DNA of 64,000 nt from Candidatus Binatia bacterium (lineage in GTDB: Bacteria > Desulfobacterota > Binatia > UBA9968 > CAXXLF01), in the NCBI GenBank assembly GCA_963664015.2, contig CAXXLF010000001.1, forward strand, positions 32,001-96,000. The letters run 5' to 3'. Under the pieces are notes generated by a model that was not told the origin of the DNA, made no database searches, and saw nothing but the letters and a program-made list of their open reading frames with translations. A program made the translations under genes and the position numbers. How positions within the stretch are numbered: position 1 is the stretch's first letter; every line of letters starts with the position of its first letter. Shown piece by piece: positions 10,075 through 22,619 of this stretch.

Positions 10075-11805
10075 CTAGTACTTACGTTCCTCCGGCTTCC
10101 ACCGAGTGATGGTTACCGGCAAATAATCGATCCTCGGTGCCTCATCCGTCCGATAGGCCATCGAGTGTTTGAGATATTCCTCATCCATCCGATTGGGATA
10201 ATCTGATCTCGTGTGCGAGCCTCGGGACTCCTTGCGGTTGAGGGCGCTATGGGCCACGGCATGGGCGATATCCAGCATGAAGTCGAGTTCCAGGGCGCTC
10301 ATCAGTTCCGTATTGAACACCCCCTTGGAGTCCTCAACCTTGATATTGGCAAAACGCCCCCGCAACTCGTTGAGCTTGTTACAGGTCTTCTGCATCGACA
10401 CATCTTCGCGATAGATCCCAATCCCTTCCTCCATGGACATCTGCATCTCCCCCCGGATATCCGCAATGCGCTCCTTACCGTTCTTCTTGTTGAAGAACTG
10501 TTCGTCGATACGCTTCGCCTCATCTTTGGTAAGAGCTTCAAGGGGACTCGCCGAGGGAGCGGGCTGGTTCGTGATATATTCAACGGCCGCCCGCCCAGAC
10601 CGCGCCCCGAAGACGAGGCATTCGGTCAACGAATTGGAGCCCAATCGGTTGGCGCCATTTATGGAAACGCAGGCTGTTTCTCCCGCAGCGTATAGACCTT
10701 CGACGGGAGTCTTGCCCGTGACATCGGTGTGAATTCCGCCCATCATGTAGTGGATCACCGGACGAACCGGTATGGGCTCGTAGACCGGATCGATACCCAC
10801 ATACTTGCTGGCCAACTCTCGGACAAAGGGAATTTTCTCATTGATCTTTTTTTCACCCAGGTGCCGCAGGTCCAAGTGTACATAGTGGCCGTTGGGGCCC
10901 TCGAAGGTCCGTCCCTTTTGAAGCTCCTGCATGTGGCAGCGGGAGAGAATGTCCCGCGGTCCCAGCTCCATTTTTTTGTGCGTTGGTTCATCTGTGGGAG
11001 GGCCCAACCCATAATCCTGGAGATAGCGGTAACCGTCTTTGTTTTTGAGCCAGCCTCCCTCACCCCGTGACGCCTCGGTTATCAGGATACCGGTCCCGGG
11101 AAGTCCTGTGGGATGATATTGCACAAACTCCATATCTTTCAGGGGAACCCCAGCCCGGTAGGCCAACGCCATACCATCGCCGGTTTTGATGGCCGCATTG
11201 GTCGTGAAGGGAAAAACTCGTCCCGCACCACCCGTGCATAAAATAACTGCCTTCGCCGATATCCCCTCGAGCTCACCCGAGTAAAGGTTCAGTGCGGTTA
11301 CGCCACGAACCTTGCCATCGTCTGTTAACAGAGAGGTTAAGAAGAACTCGTCGTAACGCACGATATTGTCGTACTTAAGCGAGGTCTGAAACAGGGCGTG
11401 GAGCATGTGGAACCCGGTTTTGTCGGCCGCATACACGGTTCGATCGACACTCATACCGCCAAAGGACCGCACACTGACATGCCCATCAGGGTCACGGCTC
11501 CAGGGACATCCCCAGTGTTCTAACTGTATCAGTTCGCCGGGCGCTTCATTGACAAAGGTTTCAACAACGTCCTGATCGGCCAAAAAGTCGGCCCCGAAGA
11601 TGGTGTCTTTGCAATGGAGATCGTGGCTGTCGTTTGGACGCAATACCCCGGCGGATCCACCTTCAGCCGAAACCGTGTGGCTGCGCATGGGATAGACCTT
11701 GGAGACAACAGCAATGGACAGTTGCTTGGACTGCTCTGCGGCAGCAATGGCAGCTCTCAACCCGGCTGCACCGCCCCCAACAACGATAATGTCATGGTTA
11801 AACAT
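10075..11805 (-). CDS. frdA: Fumarate reductase flavoprotein subunit
   Basis: [16 protein letters not shown] (covalent FAD His), [22 protein letters not shown]. Confidence 0.93.
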   Translation of the reverse strand: MFNHDIIVVGGGAAGLRAAIAAAEQSKQLSIAVVSKVYPMRSHTVSAEGGSAGVLRPNDSHDLHCKDTIFGADFLADQDVVETFVNEAPGELIQLEHWGCPWSRDPDGHVSVRSFGGMSVDRTVYAADKTGFHMLHALFQTSLKYDNIVRYDEFFLTSLLTDDGKVRGVTALNLYSGELEGISAKAVILCTGGAGRVFPFTTNAAIKTGDGMALAYRAGVPLKDMEFVQYHPTGLPGTGILITEASRGEGGWLKNKDGYRYLQDYGLGPPTDEPTHKKMELGPRDILSRCHMQELQKGRTFEGPNGHYVHLDLRHLGEKKINEKIPFVRELASKYVGIDPVYEPIPVRPVIHYMMGGIHTDVTGKTPVEGLYAAGETACVSINGANRLGSNSLTECLVFGARSGRAAVEYITNQPAPSASPLEALTKDEAKRIDEQFFNKKNGKERIADIRGEMQMSMEEGIGIYREDVSMQKTCNKLNELRGRFANIKVEDSKGVFNTELMSALELDFMLDIAHAVAHSALNRKESRGSHTRSDYPNRMDEEYLKHSMAYRTDEAPRIDYLPVTITRWKPEERKY

Positions 11806-12083
11806 AGATGATAATTCCAAAAACTATAGTCTGACCGAAAGCTTTAGAGGACGAGCTATTTTGCTACCGGAGGCTGGAAAATGTCTGCCGGCTTTAGAGA
11901 TGCCTTCTCCCCTTAGGAATTTATTCCGTAAAATTTAGCAGAAATCATTAGGTAATGCACGCGCTTTTTAGTTCCCATCGCTATCCCCGGTGTCCGTCCG
12001 ATTAGCATTTCGTAAGGAGCCTTTCAGGGGCCGACTGGCAAGTCGGAGTCTTCTGTGTTAGCAGAAACTTGGAACTACTGGCA

Positions 12084-12764
12084 ATGGCCTCATTGGCAAA
12101 TCTCAAACAAACCGTCATCTTCTGCGAACGATGTCCCAGGTTGGTTCGCTGGCGACAAGAGGCAGCTCAAAACCCGCCGCACCGCTACCGCGGAATAAGC
12201 TACTGGGCAAAGCCTTTGTCCGGATTTGGCGACCCCAAAGCCCGTGTATTGATCGTGGGACTGGCTCCTGCAGCCCATGGCGGGAACCGGACAGGGCGAA
12301 TGTTCACCGGGGACAGGAGTGGGGACTGGCTATTTGGAGCGCTGCACACCGCCGGCTTTGCCAATCAACCTACCTCGCTCCACAGCCGTGATGGCCTTAA
12401 GCTCGACGACTGTTACATTACTGCAGCCGTTCGCTGCGCCCCCCCCTTGAACAAACCGAGCAGGGATGAATTCGAAAACTGCAGGCCCTATCTAGAACAA
12501 GAGCTGCACTTGCTGAAACGGGTTCGCGTGGTGATTGCACTTGGAGGCATCGCCTTCGATTCCTTTCTGAAGGCATACCTTAACACCGGTGGACAGGTTC
12601 CGCGGCCGCGGCCCCGCTTCCGTCATGGGGCCTCGGTCTCATTGGAGGCGCACTTGAACCTTATAGCCTCGTACCACCCAAGCCAACAGAACACCTTCAC
12701 CGGAAAACTCACCCACGAGATGTTTAACGGAATCTTTAAGCGTACAAGAGCCCTTCTTGTCTAA
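12084..12764 (+). CDS. Uracil-DNA glycosylase family 5 (UdgB-like, Fe-S)
   Basis: CERCPRL, GLAPAAHGGNRTGRMFTGD, YHPSQQNTFTG. Confidence 0.9.
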   Translation: MASLANLKQTVIFCERCPRLVRWRQEAAQNPPHRYRGISYWAKPLSGFGDPKARVLIVGLAPAAHGGNRTGRMFTGDRSGDWLFGALHTAGFANQPTSLHSRDGLKLDDCYITAAVRCAPPLNKPSRDEFENCRPYLEQELHLLKRVRVVIALGGIAFDSFLKAYLNTGGQVPRPRPRFRHGASVSLEAHLNLIASYHPSQQNTFTGKLTHEMFNGIFKRTRALLV

Positions 12765-12829
12765 AAAACCGGCTAGCCTAAAACCAGCTATTCATAGACA
12801 AGCCGGTACGACACGACCATCCATATGGA

Positions 12830-13971
12830 TTACTTTGCAATCGGACTCGGACGTAACTGGAATTGAACAACCAGGGGCTTGTTTCCTTTACCCCCCTCCG
12901 TATGCCATGGTGCTCGATCGCCGCTGGTCGTCCAAAGACCGCGCCCCTTCCAACCGGCGTTAGGATCGTCAATGCGCCCATCGAAGCCTTTGGCAAAAAA
13001 GCCCATCGGGTAAGGTACACGTAGCACGATCATCTTGCTGTCCTTGAGGGCGATTAGGCCATCGTTGAGGTTGCCCGTCGCCATTGGCACGTCCTTGCCT
13101 AAACCAAAGGTGTTGTGCTGATCCACCCATGCGTAATAGCTCGATTCGGCACTGTTTTCGCCTAACCCTTTAAACCTCGGACCTGGAAACTGATGAAAGG
13201 ACCAGCCTTCGGTGCAGTGATTCCCCGTGGCCTTGGGACCGTTGAGCGGGCCCTTGCATTTTCGCCGGTCGAAGCTACAGAGATGACCGCTGGCAAGTGA
13301 CACCCATATAACTCCCTCCGAGTCGATGTCCGCACCCCGCACCCCGAAACCGGGCATGGGTCTGACCATATTATTACCGGCCTGGCCGGACTGCACCCTT
13401 CTTATCCCGGCGTGTTCTGAGGATTTGAATTCTCCGAGGGATTTGGGAATCGTCCGCGTGGCCAGATTGCCCATTTGATGGCACCCAACGCAGCCATTGC
13501 TTTTCATCGTATTGAGCCATTCCTCTTGAGTCACTTTAGCGGGGATTTCACTCTTGCCACCGAACTGGTCCTTCCCGGGGATCTTGAGCATCGAATACCA
13601 GTAGATAGCGGGATAGTCCTGGGCGGCCGCTCCCCCATTGGGTGCGGGGACTCCCTTGAGATTGACCACGCCACCAGGTTCAGCCTTCACCTTCACTGAG
13701 TCGATGAGCCCATAGCCCCGCACCCAGAGCCGATAGGTTGCTTTCGGCAGGTCGGGAGCACGTCGCGGCCCAGTTCATCGGTAACAACGATCTTGGCATA
13801 ACGTGTTTAGAAACTGTCGGTTTCGGCAATGACCCAGACGCCGGCCTCGGGTCCATTGGGTCCGGCAACGATTCCACCAATGTCATCACCGTCAATTTCA
13901 ATAGATTGAGCTACAGGCTGCGCCTTCCACAACGCTACCAGGCCGGTTATTAATGCCGCTATCAAAGCCAT
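12830..13971 (-). pseudogene. Secreted carboxypeptidase-regulatory-like domain protein (with CxxCH), decayed
   Basis: Signal peptide then DGDDIGGIV..GPEAGVWVIAET, internal TAA, frameshift, WVRGYGL, GCVGCHQMG; abrupt junction to the C-terminal part (PGFGVRG...FQLRPSP) suggests a large internal deletion. Confidence 0.7.
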
Positions 13972-14290
13972 TCTCAATAAATGGGAGTGATCGCCTGTTC
14001 GATGTATTAACTTCTCCTATGGATTGGGTTGCCAATCCCCCCCCCCCATTCCGCGGGAGATGATCGGTGGTTCAAAAAAGATTCCTTTCATAAGGCACCC
14101 CAAAATTGGTTGGGACAAACTGCTTAGGTCCAAGTTAATCCACGCCACTGATTAGACGGAATGCAGTTCCTTTCGAGTTCCGCTACAAGCGCTTCTCTGA
14201 GGGTTAAGCAGTATTGCCGAAACCCGGGCGATTGTGGCATTATATAGAGTTCCTTGTCGATCTAGCTACATTAGAGGATAAGCCAGTGCC

Positions 14291-15368
14291 GATGGTTAAT
14301 TTTTACGATCTAACCCTTGAACAACTAAGGGAAAACCTGACAGGGTTTGGCAAAGAGGGGTTCCGTGCCAAGCAACTCTACCAATGGGTCTACAAAAAAG
14401 ATGTGACCGAGTTCGACCAGATGTCGAACCTGTCCAAGTCCTTTCGACTGGAGCTTCCAAAACTCTTTTACTTCGCCCTCCCGAAAGTCGTAGATAAGCG
14501 TGAAAGCAACGATGGCACCATCAAGTTTCTACTGAATGTGGACGATGGGAAATCCATCGAGTCGGTGCTGATCCCAGCCGATGACCGCCTGACACTTTGC
14601 GTATCGTCAGAGGTAGGCTGCAACCTGGGCTGCAAGTTTTGTTTTACCGGCAAGAGAAATCTTGAAAAACGTTTGTCAGCAGGTCATATCGTCGGTCAGT
14701 TCCTCCAGGCAAGACGCATCTTGCCGACCGACAAACGCATCACCAACGTTGTGTTTATGGGAATGGGCGAGCCGCTGGATAGTCCAGAAGCCGTGTTTTC
14801 ATCGATCAAAATACTCTCTGAAGGCATCGGTATCAATTTTTCCAGAAAGAGAATCACCGTTTCAACATCAGGCCTTGTGCCCCTGATACCCTTGGTAACC
14901 GAATCCGGGGTACGGCTCGCCGTGAGCTTGAACGGTTCCAATGACCAAGTGCGTTCCAGCATCATGCCGATCAACAAGAAGTATCCGTTACAAGACCTGC
15001 TCGATGCCTGCCGGCGGCACGTCCGGGACTCGCGAGACCGGGTCACCTTCGAGTACGTTCTCCTCAAAGGGGTGACCGACTCATTGGAACAGGCACGGGA
15101 GCTCTTTCGGCTGACTCGTTCGGTATCGAACAACATAAACTTAATACCATTCAACGAACATCCCGATGCCGATTACACTCGTCCGAGTCAACAGGCCGTG
15201 CTTCGTTTCCAAAACGAGCTTATTCGCCTGGGAGCCCATGCGATGATCAGGAAAACTATGGGACGGGAGATCTACGCCGCCTGCGGTCAGCTAACTTCCA
15301 AATTCGATGAGCACCCTGGCCAGATGAATCGCGAACAGTTCGAAAAATTCCGGTACAGCATCGCTTAG
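14291..15368 (+). CDS. rlmN: 23S rRNA/tRNA m2A methyltransferase RlmN
   Basis: CVSSEVGCNLGCKFC, MGMGEPL, AACGQL. Confidence 0.92.
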
Positions 15369-15487
15369 AAATCCAGGACACGGTGGAGTGAGCAAAAGGA
15401 AGGAAAGGTAGAGGGAGAGACCCCAATCTCAGGGCTGTCCATTGTTCCGATGTCCAATGCTCGATTGCTCCAGGCCGCGAGGCGCCC

Positions 15488-16273
15488 TTAGGGTAGCCTG
15501 CTCAACCAGGAAGCATCTTTGAACCAACGGTTTTTAAGCGCCTCGATCCCTCCGCCTCTTTCGAAGGTACGCAGGAAGTTCTCGAGCCAGTTGACCATAA
15601 GAGGGTCGCCGGCGAGAATAGTAATCACCAAGGGTTAGTAGGTCACAGGAGTTACCAGCGAGACCAAACCACGGTTTGGATAACGGAATACGGATACGAT
15701 AGTGATAGGATAGTCGGCAATCAGCGCTTCGACCTTGTCGTCCAGAACCATTTTTACCCCATCGTCGTAACTCTTGACGGTAAACAGGTTGGCCCTGGGG
15801 AGAAAGTCCTTCACGAAGCGTTCACTGGTAGAATTTTCCAGACCTGCCAACGAAGTGTCCGAGCGGTTCAGTTTGTTAGCATCCGTGGCCAACTTGATGG
15901 TGGCCTTTTTGCTCAGGACCGATTTTCCGGAAATAAAGTAAGGGCCGACAAACGCAAACTTCAAATTCCACTCCGGAGTGATCGTCATACCCGAGATCAC
16001 CATGTCCACCGTTCCATCCTCCAGTGCCGGCAAGAGTTCACTGAAGGGCATGGGCGCGAGCTTGAGCGATACTCCCAGAGCCCCAGCAATGAGCCGGGCC
16101 AGATCGATCTCGTAGCCGATAATCTTGCCATCCTTGGTCGTCATGTTAAGAGGCGGCATGTTCGCTGCGGCACCGACAATCAAGTCCCCTTTCTCGGCGA
16201 CGCGCTGGATGGTAGTGGTCACGCAGGCGGACAGGCCCGCCGCAAACACAACCATCAGAACGAAAACTTTCAC
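15488..16273 (-). pseudogene. Amino-acid ABC-type substrate-binding lipoprotein (SBP family 3) with premature TAA
   Basis: LSAC lipobox, PPLNM, GYEIDLA; after the TAA at 15635-15637 the frame continues PLVITILAGDPLMVNWLENFL...RWFKDASWLSRLP*. Confidence 0.8.
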
Positions 16274-16435
16274 CTTGTTCCTTGTATCCCTTTCGTAAAG
16301 TATCCCACCTTTATTTTAATCCAGGTCGTCGCCCGGTGGGCGAATGCGCAACTTTCTACCAAGAGGCGCAAAAGATCAAGTCTGATGCAAGTCGTTTAAG
16401 TTTTTACCCTCGAGCGTGCTATCAGAAAAACCACC

Positions 16436-18672
16436 ATGGCCATGGGAGAATCCCAACCCTTTGAGGATGTTGTTTGCGAGCTCGAGAAACGAGTGGAAGG
16501 GGAGGTTCGCTTCGACCGTTACTCGCGCCTTCTCTACGCCGCCGACGCCTCCAGATATGAGATTGAACCCATTGGAGTCGTGGTGCCGCGCCATAGAGAG
16601 GACGTTCAAGCCGTCATCGAGGTATCCAATCGGTTCGGTCTCCCTGTTTTACCTCGAGGCGGTGGAACGTTTCTCGCCGGGCAGACCGTTGGCCGGGCCA
16701 TCGTCCTGGATTTTTCCAAACATATGAACCGGGTCCTTAAGATCGACGGGGACGGCATGTGGTGCCGAGTTCAGCCCGGGCTGGTTCAGGACGATCTCAA
16801 CGCCCAGATTAAATCATTGGGAGTCCTCTTTGGACCGGACACTTCTACCTCCAACCGTGCCACCATCGGCGGCATGATCGGCAACAATTCAGCGGGTATC
16901 CATTCCATCGCTTACGGTAAGACCGTGGACCACGTCCTGTAACTCACCATATTGCTGGCCGACGGCACAGAACTGGTTTTGAAGGACCTGTCACCGGAAG
17001 AACTGTCCCGCGAGTGCCAGAGCCATGGCGCCGAAGGTAATATATACAAGGAGTTGACCGCCATCGTGAGACAATCCTTGCACGCTATCCCAAGATCCTG
17101 CGTCGTGTTTCCGGCTACAACCTGGACGAGTTGGTCAAGCTGCAGCCTTTCAATCTATCGCGGTTGTTGGTCGGCTCCGAGGGGACCCTGGCATGCGTTG
17201 TGGAAGCGAAGCTGAAGCTCGTGCACGCGCCCCCCGGGGCGTCGAGACCATGGCCGCAATCGCCAACGAGATCTCCGACCTGGTCCTCAAGTGTGAGGGG
17301 TCCCTATCAGGCGAGCATGGGGATGGCCTGGCACGCAGCCATTTCAATGAAAAGTTCTTTGGAACTGAACTCTATCAGTGTTTCCGCAGTGTCAAATCAG
17401 TCTTTGATCCCAAGGGTCTGATGAATCCGGGAAAAATTGTAGAAGCCCCCCCCCCATGACCGAGTCGTTCCGAATGGGACCGTCCTACAAAGCCTGGGAA
17501 CCGGAAACCGTCTTGGACTTCAGCGCCCAAGGAGGATTTGCCGTAGCTGTCGAAATGTGCAACGGAACCGGGGCGTGCCGCAAAAAACTTTCAGGGAGCA
17601 TGTGCCCCTCCTACATGGCGACCCTGGACGAGGAACACTCGACCCGGGGCCGAGCCCATGCCCTTCGCGCAGTCCTCTCGGGGAAAGTCCCCAATGAGGA
17701 TTATACAGGCAAGGGGCTCTACCGAATCCTCGACCTCTGCCTGGAGTGCAAGGCGTGCAAAGTCGAATGTCCGTCCAACGTGGACATGGCCAAACTCAAA
17801 TACGAGTTCCTGTCGTCTTATCACAAGGTCCATAGCATGCCCTTGGGCCATCGGCTCTTCGCCAGAATCGACCGGCTCCGTCCCTTGCCGATGTTTGCCA
17901 CAAAGTCTTTCGAGAACTGGTTCCATGGGCGTTCGGCTACCGGGAGCGGATCCAGAGGAGAGGTCATCCTCTTCCACGACACATTCAACACCTACAATAC
18001 GCCTGCGATAGCCATGGACGCTACGCGCCTTCTCGAAAGTGCCGGGTATCGAGTGATCCTTGCCCAGCGACAGTGCTGTGGGCGGCCATTGATCTCCAAA
18101 GGGTTGCTGGTCGAGGCACGTTCGGCGGCCGCTCAGAATGTAGAGTGGCTTTCGGCCCATGCGAAAAAGGTAACCCCCATCTTGGGATTGGAGCCTTCCT
18201 GCCTGTTCACCCTACGGGATGAATATCCCGATCTCCGGCGCAGCGAAGAAGCTCGCCTGATGGCAGGGGATTGCTTCCTGGTGAAAGACTTTCTCTTGCA
18301 GGAACGGGAAAGGGGCCGATTGGAGCTGGAGTTTACCCCTATTCACGGTCCCGTGCTGCTCCATGGCCACTGTCACCAGAAGGCCTTAACCGGGACCGAC
18401 TCCACCGTTGCTTCACTGCGCTGGGCTGGTTATGCTGTGCGGACTTGGACGCTGGTTGCTGCGGCATGGCCGGGGCTTTTGGATTTGAGAGGGAACACTT
18501 CGACCTGTCCCTGGCCATCGGTAACCAACGGTTGGCACCGGCTATCCGGGATGCCGGGCCCGCAGTGGAGGTCGTGGCCAACGATATTTCGTGCCGGCAA
18601 CAGATTCAACACCGCACGGGCCGGCAGGCGAGTCATCCGGTGGAGCTTCTATGGAGGAGTCTTTCCCCATGA
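16436..18672 (+). pseudogene. FAD-linked oxidase / Fe-S fusion (YdiJ/GlcD-GlcF-like), decayed
   Basis: PRGGGT, ATIGGMIGNNSAG, GSEGTLA, GEHGDGLAR, CNGTGAC, CLECKACKVECP, CCG motifs spread over several frames; TAA at 16940; apparent internal deletions near 17230 and 17880. Confidence 0.85.
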
Positions 18673-18707
18673 ATCGATTAGAACACGTTAGATAGAGTTG
18701 AGGAGCT

Positions 18708-19946
18708 ATGGCTATCGTCAAGGCATTACGCTGTCCTAAATGTGGGGATGAATCCGAATCGAAGACCGCCTTCCAGTGTCTCGATTGCGGTGTCGTCCGG
18801 GAAGCTATCATCAACACGGCACACCTGACACGATCCCGTCTGCATGAGATCCGCAAGAGCACGGACCTGACCATCTGGCGCTGGCATGACTTTCTCCCGA
18901 TTCACGACCGTTCCAATATCGTATCTTTAGGCGAGGGCTATACGCCTCTGATCAGATCCAAACGCCTGTGCCAGGAGTTGGGGTTGAACCGCCTTTACCT
19001 CAAGAATGACACCATGCTTCCCACGGGCTCCCTCAAGGACCGCAGCAATTCGGTCGGTCTTTCCAAGGCCAAAGAGCTGGGCTTCGAAACCGCCGTTGCC
19101 CTATCAACGGGCAACGCGGCAGCCTCGGTCGCCGCATACGCAGCCGTCGCCGGTCTCCGGTGCGTGGTGATGGTTCCAACCGGAACCTCATTCGCAAAGA
19201 TCGTTCAAGCTCGCGCCTATGGTGCAAGGGTTGTCTGCATCGACGGCGATCTCGATAACGAGGGCGCTAAGCTCTACAATTCGGCCATCGAACAGTTCGG
19301 TTGGTACGACACCCTTTCCTCCAATCCCTACCGAAACGAAGGAAAAAAGTCTTATGCCTACGAGATGTTCGACCAGCTCGATGAGCATGTCCCCGACTGG
19401 GTGATCCACCCGACCGCAGGAGGAGCCGGTATTTCTGCCATGTGGAAAGGCTTCAATGAGCTTACCGAGCTCGGCTGGGCCCACCGTAAGCCCAGGCTGG
19501 TCGCCGCCCAGAGCCAGGCCGCAGCACCGATCGTGGCGGCCTTTGAACGCGGTAATGATAATATCGATCCGGTTTCCGTCAGTCAGACCGTCGCGGAAAG
19601 CATCAAAGTCGGCAATCCGTCATCCTTGGGTTGGCGGGCACTGAGCGCGCTGCGGGATTCGAAAGGAACCGCTCTGGCCCTGACCGACGAGGTGATCATC
19701 GAAGCCCAAATGCTTCTGGGGCATCTTGCCGGCGTCTTTGCCGAGCCTGCCGGGGCCATTTCACTGGCCGCTGCCCAACGATTACAACAGCAGGGGATCC
19801 TCAGTCGGGACGATACCGTAGTGTGCAACATAACCGGCCACGGTCTAAAGCAGCCTGACAGCATACCCTTCTCGGAAGACGAGCTAAAACCCATAGCACC
19901 GACCCTACCGGCACTGCGTCAGCACCTGGAAAAGTACAAAGAGTAG
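18708..19946 (+). CDS. thrC: Threonine synthase (PLP)
   Basis: SLGEGYTPL, PTGSLKDR, STGNAAAS, TGHGLK. Confidence 0.85.
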   Translation: MAIVKALRCPKCGDESESKTAFQCLDCGVVREAIINTAHLTRSRLHEIRKSTDLTIWRWHDFLPIHDRSNIVSLGEGYTPLIRSKRLCQELGLNRLYLKNDTMLPTGSLKDRSNSVGLSKAKELGFETAVALSTGNAAASVAAYAAVAGLRCVVMVPTGTSFAKIVQARAYGARVVCIDGDLDNEGAKLYNSAIEQFGWYDTLSSNPYRNEGKKSYAYEMFDQLDEHVPDWVIHPTAGGAGISAMWKGFNELTELGWAHRKPRLVAAQSQAAAPIVAAFERGNDNIDPVSVSQTVAESIKVGNPSSLGWRALSALRDSKGTALALTDEVIIEAQMLLGHLAGVFAEPAGAISLAAAQRLQQQGILSRDDTVVCNITGHGLKQPDSIPFSEDELKPIAPTLPALRQHLEKYKE

Positions 19947-19980
19947 CCAAGGGAAGAGCTACTCTGCTAGATTCACCACA

Positions 19981-21599
<1,619 letters not shown>

Positions 21600-21865
21600 T
21601 CAACTGGCACTGTGTTAAGTCCCTCTTAAGTCCCTCCTCGTTGGGTTCTCTGAACTCCAACACGTCGGAAAGCTGTGTTCTGTTCCGGTACCAGTGGTCT
21701 GTCCGAGGAGCCCTCGATTCGCTCAAAAGTCCTCTAGGACAGGGACTTTAAGGGCACAACTTGAACCTGTAATCCAGAGCCAAAGACACCCTGCCCATAT
21801 CGACTATTCAAAGACTACGGTTTGAACAGGCCTTGATTCAGGAATTCTTGATGCCCCATCGGGTG

Positions 21866-21895
21866 TTGACAACACTGGAATGAATCCAATAACGT
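21866..21895 (+). promoter_or_regulatory. Putative sigma70 promoter for RRM gene
   Basis: TTGACA at 21866-21871 with a weak -10 about 17-18 nt downstream. Confidence 0.35.
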
Positions 21896-22043
21896 GAATC
21901 CGGCTGGTCTGGAGAGGGACTCGTCGGCGGCCTCTGGAACTGCCAAGGCAGAAAGGTTCTGACCTTGCAGGAGCGGAGGAGACCCCGGCCGCAAGTCTTG
22001 CTCTTTTTATGGTCCTGACAGTCAAGAAATCAGGGAGGGTGAC

Positions 22044-22340
22044 ATGGCAAGCAAGTTGTATATAGGCGGAATTCGCTATTCGGTGACCGAGGCCCAGTTA
22101 GGAGATATCTCTGCCCAGCATGAAGAGGTCCGGTCTTCCAAGGTGATCACCGACAAATTTACCGGGCGCTCCAAAGGTTTCGGCTTTATCGAAATGGGAA
22201 CCGATGATGAGGGCCAGAAGGCAATGGAAGCGCTCAATGGGTCACAGCTCGAGGGAAGGACCCTGACCGTAAACGAGGCCAGGGAACAAGGGGACCGAAA
22301 AAGACCCGCGGGGGGCCCCGGAGACCGTGACCGTTACTAA
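22044..22340 (+). CDS. RRM-domain RNA-binding protein
   Basis: KLYIGG (RNP2), KGFGFIEM (RNP1), LTVNEAR. Confidence 0.93.
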   Translation: MASKLYIGGIRYSVTEAQLGDISAQHEEVRSSKVITDKFTGRSKGFGFIEMGTDDEGQKAMEALNGSQLEGRTLTVNEAREQGDRKRPAGGPGDRDRY

Positions 22341-22382
22341 GAGATTAGGCCCCCTAAAGCTGAAAGAATCCACCCTGAAACG

Positions 22383-22408
22383 GCTACCCGGCGTCTGTAC
22401 CGGGTAGC
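22383..22408 (+). terminator. GC-rich hairpin downstream of RRM gene
   Basis: GCTACCCGG-N8-CCGGGTAGC perfect stem; no U-tract. Confidence 0.4.
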
Positions 22409-22619
22409 GTCACCGAGCGGGCCGAAAACTCTTAACACTCATGCTCCTTGAAGATTCTCAAAATAGTAAACGTTGGCATTGATTTATTCTTCTCACACAT
22501 CAATCCCACTGGCCCACTGGCGCCAAAGCCCCCAATTACGATCCTAATACAATTTGCTATTTCGCATTTTAGTCGGGATGGTCTATCGTTGTGTTCTGTA
22601 TCTAGAAAGGAGAATTAAG

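Noticed and set aside
14291-15368. rlmN as horizontally acquired or Cfr-like
   Set aside because: Motifs are canonical RlmN; origin cannot be judged without a phylogeny
15635-16942. In-frame TAA stops (15635, 16940) as readthrough
   Set aside because: TAA is not normally recoded in bacteria; both look like single-base nonsense changes of Glu codons
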